From contig JAVRCV020000019.1 in assembly GCA_034530615.2 (NCBI GenBank), positions 32,001-96,000 on the forward strand: a DNA stretch of 64,000 bases, given 5' to 3'. The position numbers and the translations under genes were made by a program. This DNA comes from Aulosira sp. ZfuVER01. Lineage in GTDB: Bacteria; Cyanobacteriota; Cyanobacteriia; Cyanobacteriales; Nostocaceae. Below are positions 50,566 through 61,621 of this stretch, in pieces. The first letter of the stretch is position 1. Every line of letters starts with the position of its first letter. The notes below the pieces were generated by a model. That model made no database searches. It worked only from the letters and a program-made list of their open reading frames with translations, and was not told the DNA's origin.

Positions 50566-51876
50566 ATGAGAATATTTATAGATTGTACTCATACAGCAAA
50601 CTATACATATAAAAATACTGGAATTCATCGAGTTGTGCGTCAACTTACATCTGAGTTAGATAAGCTCAGTTCAAGTTCAAGCTACACAAATATAGAAGTG
50701 GTAGCGGTTATGTTTGATGGGAACTTCATGCGTAAAGTTACTAATTTAAATCCAGAAAATAATAGTGAGGCGGCTATAAGGAACCCATATATTTATGCTT
50801 TTAGTAAAATAATTATGAAATTCCAGGTATTCTGGACTAAACTAAAGAATAAATTTTTGAATCTATTTCCATTTATATTAATTCAATGTATTTATTTAAA
50901 TTTAAGTAAAAGCAAAAATGGCTTACTTGAATTTGAAGGTCTAAAAATATTACCAGGAGACATTTATATAATTGCTGATGCCAACTGGGATTTGCCTAAA
51001 ACCTACTATAATTTTTTAAAAAATTTAAAAAAGCATGGAGTTGTAATTGCAATTATATGTTACGATCTTATTCCTATCAAATTCCCAGAGTTTTGTAACA
51101 AAAATTCTGCTGCGGCTTTTACTAAATTTTATAGAGATTATTCAGACCTGTTTGATAAAGTTTTATGTATCTCTAAAAATAGTGCTAAAGACTATAGGAA
51201 TGCCCAAAATGCAGGTATTATCTCAATTAATAATAGCAATTTAACAGTTAAGAGCTTTCGCTTAGGATGTGACTATGCAAATCTGGAGCTTTTAGCAAAT
51301 ATAGAAAATAATAGTTTTGATAAAAATTTCAAGGAACTACTAAATAGCAGATATATATTAGTAGTTGGTAGTCTGGCTCCTCATAAAAATATTAAAACTA
51401 TTATGGCAGCCTTTGATTTATTAGTAGATTCAAATAATAAAGAAGTAAATTTGTTGTTTGCAGGTAATAGAGGCTGGTATTTAGAGACTGATATGCTGAT
51501 AGATTCTAATAAAATGTATGGCAAGCTTATACATATATTAGGTGCAGTAACAGACGAGCAACTCAGTATTCTTTATAGAAACTGTTACTGTCTAGTTCAA
51601 GCCTCATTTTATGAAGGTTTTGGATTACCAGTTGTGGAAGCACTTCAATATTATAAGCCTGTAATTGCAAGCAATGGAGGTTCTTTACCTGAAGTAGGTG
51701 GAGATTTTTGCCTTTATTTCGATCCACATCAACCATCAGAACTTTACCAAGCTTTAAAAAAACTAGTTGATTCAGATATTTACTATAATCAGTTAGTAGA
51801 ACGGATTAAAAATGAGTATAGACCATTTTCTTGGCAGGAATGTGCTGAAGAATTTCTGTATAATCTTTGTAATTAA
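50566..51876 (+). CDS. Glycosyltransferase family 4
   Basis: TGIHRVVR, YDLIP, VGSLAPHKN, SFYEGFGLPVVEA. Confidence 0.9.
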   Translation: MRIFIDCTHTANYTYKNTGIHRVVRQLTSELDKLSSSSSYTNIEVVAVMFDGNFMRKVTNLNPENNSEAAIRNPYIYAFSKIIMKFQVFWTKLKNKFLNLFPFILIQCIYLNLSKSKNGLLEFEGLKILPGDIYIIADANWDLPKTYYNFLKNLKKHGVVIAIICYDLIPIKFPEFCNKNSAAAFTKFYRDYSDLFDKVLCISKNSAKDYRNAQNAGIISINNSNLTVKSFRLGCDYANLELLANIENNSFDKNFKELLNSRYILVVGSLAPHKNIKTIMAAFDLLVDSNNKEVNLLFAGNRGWYLETDMLIDSNKMYGKLIHILGAVTDEQLSILYRNCYCLVQASFYEGFGLPVVEALQYYKPVIASNGGSLPEVGGDFCLYFDPHQPSELYQALKKLVDSDIYYNQLVERIKNEYRPFSWQECAEEFLYNLCN

Positions 51877-51902
51877 GTAACTTTATCTATAAAGATTAAA
51901 AA

Positions 51903-52964
51903 TTGTTAGTCAATCTTTCTTTTTTATCTAGAAAACCAACAGGTATATCAACCTACGCTAGTAATATATTTCCTTATTTTCAATCACTGAATCCAAAATT
52001 ACTAGTTGCAAAAACAATTCCCAACTACAATTGTTATACTGTTCCTTCAAATTTGACACCAGACCAAGGCACACTAGGTCATTTTCGTCGCCTGACCTGG
52101 ACAGAATTTCAATTACCAAAAATCTATAAAAAGCTAAAATCTCATCTATTATTTTCTCCTCTACCGGAAGCGCCTCTTTATACCAATTGTCGTTTTGTAG
52201 TTATGTTTCACGACTTGATACCGTTGCGCTTTCCTAGACGCTTTTCACCTCTAATACCTTACCATCGCTACTACACTCCCCAAGTTCTTAGCCAAGCACA
52301 ACATATTATCTGCAATTCGCAAGCCACAGCTAAAGATATTATCGATTTTTACCAAATTCCAGCTAGCAAAATTACACCAATTCTCCTCGCTTACGATCGC
52401 ACTCACTTCCAACCTCTGAATCTACCCACGCGCAACTACTTTCTCTACATCGGCCGCCAAGATGCTTATAAAAATGTCCATCGGCTGATTAGCGCCTTTG
52501 CTGCATTACCTAATTGTCAAGACTACGAACTTTGGTTAGTAGGGCCTAGCGATCGCCGTTATACTCCAACTTTACAAGCGCAAGTTGAGGAATTGGATAT
52601 TACTAATCAGGTGAAATTTCTGGAGTATGTTGCTTACAGTGAATTACCAAAAATTATCAATCAAGCGATCGCACTTGTTTTTCCTAGCCTCTGGGAAGGT
52701 TTTGGCTTACCTGTCTTGGAAGCAATGGCTTGCGGTACTCCTGTGATTACTTCTAATATCTCATCCCTTCCAGAAGTAGCTGGCGATGCGGCTATACTTA
52801 TAAATCCCTACAATACAGGGGAAATAACAGCAGCTATGCAGGCTGTCGCAAATGATTCAAACTTGCGATCGCATCTTTCTACCCAAGGTATCGCTAGAGC
52901 AAATCAATTTAGCTGGGAAAAAACAGGACAAGCCACCGCCGAAATTTTATCCCGTTATCTGTGA
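51903..52964 (+). CDS. Glycosyltransferase family 4 (mannosyltransferase-like)
   Basis: [37 protein letters not shown]. Confidence 0.92.
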   Translation: MLVNLSFLSRKPTGISTYASNIFPYFQSLNPKLLVAKTIPNYNCYTVPSNLTPDQGTLGHFRRLTWTEFQLPKIYKKLKSHLLFSPLPEAPLYTNCRFVVMFHDLIPLRFPRRFSPLIPYHRYYTPQVLSQAQHIICNSQATAKDIIDFYQIPASKITPILLAYDRTHFQPLNLPTRNYFLYIGRQDAYKNVHRLISAFAALPNCQDYELWLVGPSDRRYTPTLQAQVEELDITNQVKFLEYVAYSELPKIINQAIALVFPSLWEGFGLPVLEAMACGTPVITSNISSLPEVAGDAAILINPYNTGEITAAMQAVANDSNLRSHLSTQGIARANQFSWEKTGQATAEILSRYL

Positions 52965-53201
52965 GTGCTAGGCTAAAGTAAACTTGCTAAATATCTATCT
53001 AATAAACTTCCGAAGGTAACTGGCTGTTTAAAGAATCTGACGATGAAGATGGAGTTTTAACTTTAGCCTCAGCAAACTGCCAAATTCCCCATCGCCAGAT
53101 TTATGAGCAAGTTAAGTTTGAAAATCAATCAGAGTAAAAATTAATTAGTTCCAAAAATTCAAAACCCAAAAAATAATTTTGAATTTTGAATTTTGAATTG
53201 T

Positions 53202-54968
53202 CTATGGTGTACCCACTGCGCCAGAATAAATCAAACCTCGTTGCATATCGAGCGTTAAAATTGCCCCATCCCGAATGACTTGCGTCGCCTTCTTCACCCC
53301 AACAATCACTGGTACGCCAAGACGCAAACCAATTACTGCTGCATGGCTGGTAAGACTCTCTTCTTCTGTAATAATCCCCGAAGCTTTGCGAATCGCCTCA
53401 ACAAAATCGGCAGTGGTACGGGTAGTAACTAAAATATCTCCAGGATTAAAGTTACTTGCATCCATACCCGTGTGGGCAACCCTGGCGCGACCGCTGACAG
53501 AACCTTGCCCCAGTCCAATCCCCTGGCCGAGAATCGCCGTTACTACTTCAACTTTAATTAAATCTGTCGAGCCGGAAACGCCTTGGAGTGTACCGGCTGT
53601 CATCACAACCAAATCACCCTCAGTTAATAGCTTATTTTCCTGAGCTACATTAATCGCGGCTTGAAAAGTCTGACCAGTAGAAGGTAGTTCTAGCACCAAC
53701 AACGGTTTGACTCCCCACACCATTTGTAATTGTCGCGCTACATTCACGTGGGGTGTAATCGCCAAAATCGGTGTTTGGGGCCGGAACTTAGACACATTCC
53801 GCGCTGTTGCCCCAGTTTGGGTTAAGGTCATAATTGCTGCTGCACCCAGCTGTTCTGCAATTTGTCCTACGGCTTGGCTAATAGCGTTGGGAATGGAACG
53901 CCGCGTATCTCTTAACTGACGATTGGCGTTTTGCCGTTCTTCCTGTTCAATGCGTTCGGCAATTCTGGCCATCGTTGCTACAGCTTCCACAGGGTAATTA
54001 CCTACAGCCGTTTCATTAGAGAGCATGACAGCATCTGTACCATCTAAAATCGCGTTTGCCACATCCGACACTTCGGCACGAGTTGGACGGGGGTTACTCA
54101 CCATGCTGTCTAACATTTGCGTGGCGGTGATGATAGGAATCCCCAAGCGATTTGCTGTAGCAATCAGCCGCTTTTGCAGTACAGGTACGTCTTCTGCTGG
54201 TAGTTCTACACCTAAATCCCCTCTAGCAACCATAACGCCATCACACAAAGCCAGAACTGCTTCCATTTGTTCAATGGCTTCGTGCTTTTCTATTTTGGCT
54301 ACTACTGGCACATTCTTACCTGTGCTAGAAATTAGCTCTTTAATTTCGATGATATCCTGAGGATTGCGGACAAAAGACAGCGCTACCCAGTCTACGCCCT
54401 GATCTAGACCAAACATCAGATCCTCGCGGTCTTTGTCGGTCATTGCCTTAATGGAAAGGTAGACTCCTGGGAAGTTGACACCTTTATTGTTAGAAAGTTT
54501 ACCGGCTACGGTAATCCGACAATGCAAATCACCTTTATCGCGGTTAATGTCCTCAACTAGCATTTCTACTCGTCCATCATCGAGGAGGATTTTTGCTCCG
54601 ACGGGGACTTCTTCTGCTAAATAGTCGTAGGTAACACAGCTAATATCTTGTGTGCCGATGACTGGGCGATTGGTTAAAGTAAAGCGATCGCCTTTTGCTA
54701 CAACTATAGACCCATTTTCAAACCGCCCCAAGCGAATTTTTGGCCCTTGCAAGTCTTGGAGAATTGCCACTGGCTGATTTAGTTCAAAAGCAGTTTGCCG
54801 AATTAAGCGGATATTACGCTGATGGTCGGCATGAGTTCCGTGGGAGAAGTTTAGCCTTAGTGTCGTTGCACCCGCTTCAATAATCGCTTTGAGCATTTCT
54901 GGACTGCTAGTGGCAGGCCCAATCGTAGCGACAATTTTTGTGCGGCGTAGAGAATCTCTTAATTGCAT
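53202..54968 (-). CDS. pyk: Pyruvate kinase with C-terminal PEP-utilising mobile domain
   Basis: RTKIVATIGP, RLNFSHG, DLQGPKIR, MVARGDLG, TRAEVSDVANA, TSHAAVIG. Confidence 0.97.
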   Translation of the reverse strand: MQLRDSLRRTKIVATIGPATSSPEMLKAIIEAGATTLRLNFSHGTHADHQRNIRLIRQTAFELNQPVAILQDLQGPKIRLGRFENGSIVVAKGDRFTLTNRPVIGTQDISCVTYDYLAEEVPVGAKILLDDGRVEMLVEDINRDKGDLHCRITVAGKLSNNKGVNFPGVYLSIKAMTDKDREDLMFGLDQGVDWVALSFVRNPQDIIEIKELISSTGKNVPVVAKIEKHEAIEQMEAVLALCDGVMVARGDLGVELPAEDVPVLQKRLIATANRLGIPIITATQMLDSMVSNPRPTRAEVSDVANAILDGTDAVMLSNETAVGNYPVEAVATMARIAERIEQEERQNANRQLRDTRRSIPNAISQAVGQIAEQLGAAAIMTLTQTGATARNVSKFRPQTPILAITPHVNVARQLQMVWGVKPLLVLELPSTGQTFQAAINVAQENKLLTEGDLVVMTAGTLQGVSGSTDLIKVEVVTAILGQGIGLGQGSVSGRARVAHTGMDASNFNPGDILVTTRTTADFVEAIRKASGIITEEESLTSHAAVIGLRLGVPVIVGVKKATQVIRDGAILTLDMQRGLIYSGAVGTP

Positions 54969-55472
54969 AGGGGCTGATTCTAGGATCTATCTAGGAAACC
55001 ATCGTAAATTAAAGGGCATTTTCATTTCCGTCACTGCTATATCAATCAGATGGCAGCAGTTAGAAAGGGGAATAAAGGCTAATACTGCGGCGCGGAATTC
55101 AAAAGTCAAAACTCTTTTATTGTAAGTTTTTGCGCTGTTTTGAATAGTATATTTATTTGCGCCAAGCTGCATTAGTAGTCAGCTACTGAAGACTCCCTCT
55201 AGCGGAGGCTTCAAAGGAGTGGGATAGACTTGTTATCGTACACTAATCTTGGTTCCATCCATCCCCAGGATGATATCCTGACCATCCAATTCTGGTTATT
55301 GCTACACCCCTACTATTAGCAAATACTCAAGTCTTGTTTGGAATCATAGCTTTATTTATCTACACTATCCGCAAAATTGCCGATCGAGCTTACTATACAA
55401 AATTTTATAAAAGTTTATTATTTACTAATCTTTGTCGTATATTCGTAATATTTGATAAACAAGGAGATCAGA

Positions 55473-56372
55473 ATGCTCACGTCGGAGGCAAAGAAGCCAC
55501 TGACAGTCCCTCCCAAGGAATTTTTAGCACCTCCGGGTGATTTTAACCCTACACTGCTGCTATTTTTGGCAGCAGTGACGATGCTAGTGTTATCTAACTT
55601 TGGTTATTGGCTGTGGGAATGGCCGCACTGGCTCTGCTTTAGTGTTAATACTTTAGCCTTGCATTGTTCTGGGACGGTGATTCATGATGCTTGCCACCAA
55701 GCTGCTCATCGCAATCGGGTAATCAATGCGATGTTAGGGCATGGTAGTGCGCTAATACTGGCTTTTGCTTTTCCGGTATTTACGCGAGTACATTTACAGC
55801 ATCATGCCCATGTCAATCATCCCAAAGACGACCCAGATCATTATGTCTCGACTGGCGGGCCGCTGTGGCTGATTGCAGTACGGTTTCTGTACCATGAAGT
55901 ATTTTTCTTTCAGCGGCAACTTTGGCGTAAATATGAGCTACTAGAATGGTTCATCAGCCGCTTGATTGTTGTGTCGATTGTTTACATTTCAGTTCAGTAC
56001 CACTTTTTGGGCTATATTCTCAATTTTTGGTTTATCCCAGCATTTATCGTGGGCATAGCACTGGGATTATTCTTTGATTATCTCCCTCACCGTCCGTTTG
56101 TAGAGCGCGATCGCTGGAAAAATGCTCGCGTCTACCCTAACCCAATTCTCAATATCTTGATTTTGGGACAAAATTATCACCTAATTCATCATTTATGGCC
56201 TTCAATTCCTTGGTATAACTACCAACCCACCTATCATTTAATGAAATCGCTGTTAGATGAAAAAGGTTGTTATCAAACTTCAGGATTATTACAAAAGAAA
56301 GATTTTTTTGAGTTTGTTTACGACATATTTTTGGGAATTAGGTTTCATCATCACAAACCAACTGAAAACTAG
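55473..56372 (+). CDS. crtR: Beta-carotene hydroxylase CrtR
   Basis: His boxes HDACH, HLQHH, HLIHH; DYLPHRPF; AAGGAG RBS. Confidence 0.93.
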   Translation: MLTSEAKKPLTVPPKEFLAPPGDFNPTLLLFLAAVTMLVLSNFGYWLWEWPHWLCFSVNTLALHCSGTVIHDACHQAAHRNRVINAMLGHGSALILAFAFPVFTRVHLQHHAHVNHPKDDPDHYVSTGGPLWLIAVRFLYHEVFFFQRQLWRKYELLEWFISRLIVVSIVYISVQYHFLGYILNFWFIPAFIVGIALGLFFDYLPHRPFVERDRWKNARVYPNPILNILILGQNYHLIHHLWPSIPWYNYQPTYHLMKSLLDEKGCYQTSGLLQKKDFFEFVYDIFLGIRFHHHKPTEN

Positions 56373-56391
56373 CAAAACATAGCAAACAGAC

Positions 56392-56431
56392 TAATGGTTA
56401 ATGGACTTTTCCCTTACCAATTAACCATTGG
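56392..56431 (+). terminator. Hairpin downstream of crtR
   Basis: AATGGTTAAT...ATTAACCATT inverted repeat. Confidence 0.5.
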
Positions 56432-56539
56432 CTGACTCCACAAGTTTTCTGCCTAAATGCTTACTTGTCGATTGAGATTGTGTCATTAAAATAGGTGTAA
56501 AATAAGGTATGCTAAACTAGGTTGTTGTAGAAAATAACC

Positions 56540-56809
56540 ATGAACCGCAAACCCTACCCAACTGAATTAGTAGATAACCCAACTGACTTGGGAAATAGCT
56601 CAAAAACGAAGCTTTGGATATGGAGCGCTGTGGGACTGCTAATTACTAACTTAGTTGTAGTTGGGATTGTAGCGTTTTTAATCCACAGAGATAGCTTGCA
56701 ATATAAGCCTAATCAACCAGCAACCCAACAAAGGCAACTACAATCTCAGGTTAACGAGATTCCTCTGGCATTTGCAGGCGCAAATCTTGGACTTGAGGCG
56801 CAGGAGTAA
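56540..56809 (+). CDS. Small single-TM hypothetical protein
   Basis: ATG start and one strong TM helix; its 3' end overlaps the convergent kinase gene by 59 nt. Confidence 0.5.
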   Translation: MNRKPYPTELVDNPTDLGNSSKTKLWIWSAVGLLITNLVVVGIVAFLIHRDSLQYKPNQPATQQRQLQSQVNEIPLAFAGANLGLEAQE

Positions 56810-57995
56810 CTATCTGTACAGACCAGTAGCTAACAATCATTAGAACTAATCCAGAAAACACGCCTACTACTAAGCCAATCAACAAAGCAGGTTTCCTGGA
56901 AAAAATAGAAACAGTAGTATTGGTCGATGAAGGATTGTAAGATTCTTGTATTTGTGGGTAGATATTAGTTGTCGGTAACAGCGTCTCCGATAGTGTAATC
57001 TCGCTGGTGTCGTCGTTAATCGATGGTGTAAATCCCTCATCTCCAGAAACTTGATTATTTTCTTGCCCAGTAAAGGCTAGTTGATGTTCTAATTGAATGT
57101 TGATCGATGCTGGAGAAACATCTGATTGCGGCGTTGAAATATAAAAATTGCTTAGTGCTAAGAGTGCTTCTAATGCTTCTTTGGCTGACTTATATCGGTC
57201 TTGAAAGTGGTAACGCACCATTGTATTCAGTACTGAGGCTAGTCCAGTACTAACTTGTGCCAAGTTTTGCCAAATTATCTCACCTGTATTGGAATCTTCT
57301 GGTAATTGTGTCGGATGTACCCCCGTTAGCGCTTGAATACCAATCATCCCGAGAGCGTAAATGTCACTATTTAGCCGGGGTTTACCTCGCTGTTGCTCAT
57401 TAGGCATATAACCAGGTGTACCGATCGCAATCGTAGTGTATTGTTCAATGGGGGTAAAGATTGCAGTTTCTTCTTGACCTCTAATTAATTGATGCCAAAT
57501 TGGCTTAACAGCGCCAAAATCAATCAAAATTAAGCGATTATCCTGCTTCCGCCTAATAATATTATTCGGTTTGACATCTCGATGAATTAGCCCATTACTG
57601 TGAACAAAATTGAGGATACTCAATATCTCGTACAAGAGTTGAAAAACTTTGCTTTCCGACCAGCAGCGACCAGGGGTTAGTTCTATACTTAGGGGATGTC
57701 CTTCAATGAACTCTTGTACCAAGTAGAACTCCAGGTTATCTTCAAAATTTGCTAAAAGATGAGGCACTAAATCATAGTTGCTCAGTTTTTTCAGGGCCTC
57801 TACTTCTCGGGAAAATAGCCGTCTGCGTATTTCTATTGGAATCGAATATTTATCACTCGGCAAGAAGTGTTTGACGACGCGGGTAGGATGATTGGGAAGA
57901 TAGATGTCTTGAACTCTGTAGGTTTGACAAAACGCTCCTTGACTCAAAACTTCAACAACCTGGTAACGATCGCCTAGTAACTTGCTGCTTAACAT
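56751..57995 (-). CDS. Hanks-type Ser/Thr protein kinase with C-terminal TM
   Basis: VVK, HRDVKPNN, LIDFGAVK, GTPGYMPNE, SDIYALG; C-terminal TM helix. Confidence 0.92.
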   Translation of the reverse strand: MLSSKLLGDRYQVVEVLSQGAFCQTYRVQDIYLPNHPTRVVKHFLPSDKYSIPIEIRRRLFSREVEALKKLSNYDLVPHLLANFEDNLEFYLVQEFIEGHPLSIELTPGRCWSESKVFQLLYEILSILNFVHSNGLIHRDVKPNNIIRRKQDNRLILIDFGAVKPIWHQLIRGQEETAIFTPIEQYTTIAIGTPGYMPNEQQRGKPRLNSDIYALGMIGIQALTGVHPTQLPEDSNTGEIIWQNLAQVSTGLASVLNTMVRYHFQDRYKSAKEALEALLALSNFYISTPQSDVSPASINIQLEHQLAFTGQENNQVSGDEGFTPSINDDTSEITLSETLLPTTNIYPQIQESYNPSSTNTTVSIFSRKPALLIGLVVGVFSGLVLMIVSYWSVQIVTPAPQVQDLRLQMPEESR

Positions 57996-58218
57996 GTTAC
58001 GTTATGCCTAACGGTTGTATTAAGTAATTTCACCTAAAAAATATCTTTATATAAATTAATATATAGTTTTATTAAGGAAGTTCACCGTAATTTACCGGAA
58101 GTCTTATCTAAACTTTATGAAGAGTGCATTTAGCAGTTGTTAGAAGATTAGAAAATAAATGAAATAATTCTGATTCTATCTTACTGAAAACCAGCTAAAT
58201 CACAGGAAGATAAGCAAG

Positions 58219-59322
58219 ATGACTAATGATAGCAAAAAAAGCGTCCCACTCAGCCAAGATGCCGTACAGATGATCAGGGGTCTGATTATTGGCGAACTGG
58301 TGACTGTTGCCATCATTGGTGGACTTTGGTTATGGCTTAGACCTCGCCTCCAAGTCGATAACGGTGCTTTTGCTTCCTCTGGCCGAGGTACAGCTACGAC
58401 TTCTGCGCTTGCAACTTCAAACTTTAAGACTGTTACCAATGTTCCCATAGGATCGTTTAACTACGGTGGTAGCACAGCTTGGGCACCAATTAGGCAACTT
58501 GTGGATTCTCAGATCCAAATCACTCGTCCGGAGCTACAGTTACGCTACGTTAACCCTGCTACTACTAGTCCTGGTTCTAGCTCTGGTATTCAGATGTTGC
58601 TTGAAGGAAAATTAGATTTTGCTGAGTCTTCCCGTCCTCTTACAGATGAAGAAAAAGATAGAGCTAGACAGCAAGGCTTCATACTTGCGGAACATCAGGT
58701 TGGAATTGATGGGGTAGCAGTAGTAGTCAACCCAGCACTCAAAGTGTCAGGCTTAACTGTTGACCAATTGCAACAGATTTATTTGGGACAAATTACGAAC
58801 TGGAAGCAGGTAGGCGGGCCAGACTTGGCTATTATTCCGTTCTCTCAACATCCAGAAAATGCCGATGTGGTATTAATATCTGGCAAGCAGGTTTTAGATA
58901 AGCAAGCTCTTAGCTCTAATGTCCAGTATGTTTATTCCACAACAGAGGCGCTGCACCGGGTAAACCAAACCCCTGGAGGTGTATATTATGCTTCTGCGCG
59001 GGGAGTTGTGCATCAATGTACGGTTAAGCCTCTACCTTTAGGTATGACTTCCGCAGAGCTAATTCCTCCCTATCAAGAACCCTTCGTACCACTAAATGAG
59101 TGTCCGCAAAAGCGCAATCAGCTGAACACGGAAGCAATCAAAAATGGTAGTTATCCCATAACCTCTAAATTATTTGTGGTAATCAAGCAGAACAAGGGTA
59201 AGGAACAACAAGTAGGGGAAGCATATCTCAGACTTTTAGCAACTGAGCAGGGACAAAAAGCAATTGAGCAAGCTGGGTTAATTCCAGAAAGGAATCAAGA
59301 GCCAATAGCCAAAGGTAAGTGA
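58219..59322 (+). CDS. PstS-like (PBP2) substrate-binding protein with N-terminal membrane anchor
   Basis: YGGSTAWAP, GSSSGIQML, SSRPL, IDGVAVVVNP, IYLGQITNWKQVGGPD, YPIT. Confidence 0.85.
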   Translation: MTNDSKKSVPLSQDAVQMIRGLIIGELVTVAIIGGLWLWLRPRLQVDNGAFASSGRGTATTSALATSNFKTVTNVPIGSFNYGGSTAWAPIRQLVDSQIQITRPELQLRYVNPATTSPGSSSGIQMLLEGKLDFAESSRPLTDEEKDRARQQGFILAEHQVGIDGVAVVVNPALKVSGLTVDQLQQIYLGQITNWKQVGGPDLAIIPFSQHPENADVVLISGKQVLDKQALSSNVQYVYSTTEALHRVNQTPGGVYYASARGVVHQCTVKPLPLGMTSAELIPPYQEPFVPLNECPQKRNQLNTEAIKNGSYPITSKLFVVIKQNKGKEQQVGEAYLRLLATEQGQKAIEQAGLIPERNQEPIAKGK

Positions 59323-59338
59323 AGTTAAACTAGTATAC

Positions 59339-59995
59339 TTACTTTGTCGCTACGCCAATAATATGAGGGCTAACAATTGGAAATGGTGCCTCAAAATGTT
59401 CATAATTCACATGGGAAAATCCAGCATTATCTAAAGCTACCCAAGTTTCTCTGTCTGGATTACAACCATCTCCTAACACTTTCCAAATTGGGCGAACTGT
59501 AGTTTGTAACCTGCGCAGAAAAGTGCCATTTGGTGCGGCGACGTGTTCAATAAATAAAAAGTGTCCACCTGGTTTGAGAACTCTTAAAACTTCTTGTAGC
59601 GTAGCTGCTAAATTTGGAACTGAACACAAAACTAAAGTACTCACCACAGCATCTATACTGTTATCTTCTGCATCTATATGTTCAGCAGTACCAGTCCGGA
59701 TATCGATATTTAAACCCAGCTTTTCTGCTGTTTGCTGGAGGTAAGAATGCATGAATGGGTTTGGTTCAATTCCTATCCAGTGAATATCTTGAGGGTAGTA
59801 GGATAGGTTGGGGCCAGTTCCGGGGCCAATTTCTAACACATTGCCGTGGAGGTTAGCAAAGAGAGAGCGTTTGCGATCGCTTACTACTTTCTCATATCCA
59901 TCGCTAACTTTAGCCATCATCCAAGCAAATAGGCGTTGTCTACAATTGCCACAAATATGATTTGCTGATTGTCTACAAGCTTGGTTTTGAGTCAT
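59339..59995 (-). CDS. Class I SAM-dependent methyltransferase
   Basis: VLEIGPGTG, TLVLCSV, LRVLKPGG..F.EH. Confidence 0.9.
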   Translation of the reverse strand: MTQNQACRQSANHICGNCRQRLFAWMMAKVSDGYEKVVSDRKRSLFANLHGNVLEIGPGTGPNLSYYPQDIHWIGIEPNPFMHSYLQQTAEKLGLNIDIRTGTAEHIDAEDNSIDAVVSTLVLCSVPNLAATLQEVLRVLKPGGHFLFIEHVAAPNGTFLRRLQTTVRPIWKVLGDGCNPDRETWVALDNAGFSHVNYEHFEAPFPIVSPHIIGVATK

Positions 59996-60063
59996 TTTTC
60001 ACTTTCCTGAATATTTGAGCCTCTCTTATACAATTTTAGATTTTAGTTTTTGGATTATAAATC

Positions 60064-60438
60064 CTATTTGTTCAAATTCTGCCTTTCTGCTAACCAAGTA
60101 AATAACAAGATACCGCAAAAGTCAGCAGCTAAGTCAACTAAGTCAAAGGAACGGTAGGGTACAAAGAATTGAATTATCTCATCAACTACACAAATAAATA
60201 TCACAATCATTGGAGCCATTGGTATAGCAATATTTAAAATTTGAAATTTCCGCTTATTAACTGCTAAATGGCTCAAAAAAGCTGCGATACCTAACAATAA
60301 AAAATGCAAAATTGTATCGTAATGTGGAAATTGTGATAGTTCAGTTGGGATAATCTTTAGATAGGCTGATAGAGATATGGACATCAAAATTCCAAAGTAA
60401 AGCCAAAATGCAAAAATCCAAGGCTGATTAGCTTTCAT
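60064..60438 (-). CDS. VanZ family membrane protein
   Basis: D..LHF, DEIIQFFVPYRSFDLVDLAAD. Confidence 0.85.
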   Translation of the reverse strand: MKANQPWIFAFWLYFGILMSISLSAYLKIIPTELSQFPHYDTILHFLLLGIAAFLSHLAVNKRKFQILNIAIPMAPMIVIFICVVDEIIQFFVPYRSFDLVDLAADFCGILLFTWLAERQNLNK

Positions 60439-60589
60439 TGTCAGTGGAGAAAAATGTAATATTTTTCACTTCAATAAAAATAAAAAGCATTCCATAATTA
60501 GGAACGCTCTATTGGAAGATAAATTATTAAGATAAGCAGAAGTTAAGTTAAAGATTTGACATGAGCAAGATGCCTTATTTATCGCAAAA

Positions 60590-60850
60590 TTAGGCATGAA
60601 GATTAATTTGTTCTTGTAACCACGGATCTACAGGCTGTCCATCTTTGCGACGTAATTCAATTTCCACTACCATGACTTCTTTTGAACCGGGAGGAGCAGG
60701 TTTTTTATGAAAGATAACATCATATTCTAGTGGATCGTGATTGCGTTCTTTCAACCAGTCATGCACTTTGGTTGTGGCGAAGAATGATTGCCCTTGCTCA
60801 AACATCCGAGTAATCTGCATCTGTAGCGTGTAGGGATTTATGCGACCCAT
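60590..60850 (-). CDS. Conserved small cyanobacterial protein
   Basis: MGRINPYTLQMQITRMF...LRRKDGQPVDPWL; AAAGGTGG RBS upstream. Confidence 0.75.
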   Translation of the reverse strand: MGRINPYTLQMQITRMFEQGQSFFATTKVHDWLKERNHDPLEYDVIFHKKPAPPGSKEVMVVEIELRRKDGQPVDPWLQEQINLHA

Positions 60851-61214
60851 TGTCTACCACCTTTCTCAAATAATTCGTAGGTTTAGCGTTGCCTACCCTA
60901 CTGGATACATTTATGTTAGTTCTATCACAAGCAAGATTCCTACCTCAGAAGATATTAACTTAAACTTCATATTTAAAGCCTGCGATCGCCTGGGCGGTTC
61001 TCTCTGGAAAATACGGTATGCAGTATATAGCTCCCAACCTTGCTATGGTAAGGAGTTCGGTAAACCTCATAATCTAGGGTTGATGAGTACGAGTCAAAGT
61101 TAATCTATCTCAAGAGAAAGCGCTAAAACACCTTGAGTACGGTAAACTCCAATACTAGATTTATTAAGTAACCGTTACAATCAAAGCTATAAAGCAAGTG
61201 GAGGAGCGACCAGG

Positions 61215-61589
61215 ATGCAAGTTACATACGACCCTGATAAGCGTAAATTGCTATCCTCTCTATCTCATGGGGCGATTTTCTTCAGTACGACATTGTTCTC
61301 AATTGGGGTTCCCATTGTCATTAACTTAATTTCTGATGACCCAGTTGTGAAAAGCAATGCTAGAGAATCGATTAATTTTCACTTCAATGTTTGGTTCTGG
61401 GCAACTGTAATTGGAGTACCAATTGCGATTTTATCTTGGCTTACCTTTGGTTTGGGCGGAATTCTGTTCTTCCCTGTTGTGGCCTTTGGCTTTGCACTGC
61501 ACTGGGGACTGACAATTTGGGCGCTGTTTCACTGTCTCACTAACCCAGATCAACCATTCCGTTATCCATTTATTTTTAGAGTTTTTTAA
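61215..61589 (+). CDS. DUF4870 family membrane protein
   Basis: LSH, NARESINF, FRYPF motifs; GGAGGAG RBS. Confidence 0.85.
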   Translation: MQVTYDPDKRKLLSSLSHGAIFFSTTLFSIGVPIVINLISDDPVVKSNARESINFHFNVWFWATVIGVPIAILSWLTFGLGGILFFPVVAFGFALHWGLTIWALFHCLTNPDQPFRYPFIFRVF

Positions 61590-61621
61590 TTACACTGGCT
61601 ACCGATAAAATATATTTTTGC

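Noticed and set aside
61142..61181. GTA-N8-TAC upstream of the DUF4870 gene
   Set aside because: Spacer to TACAAT is 20 nt rather than ~22 and the inner bases are weak; could be chance.
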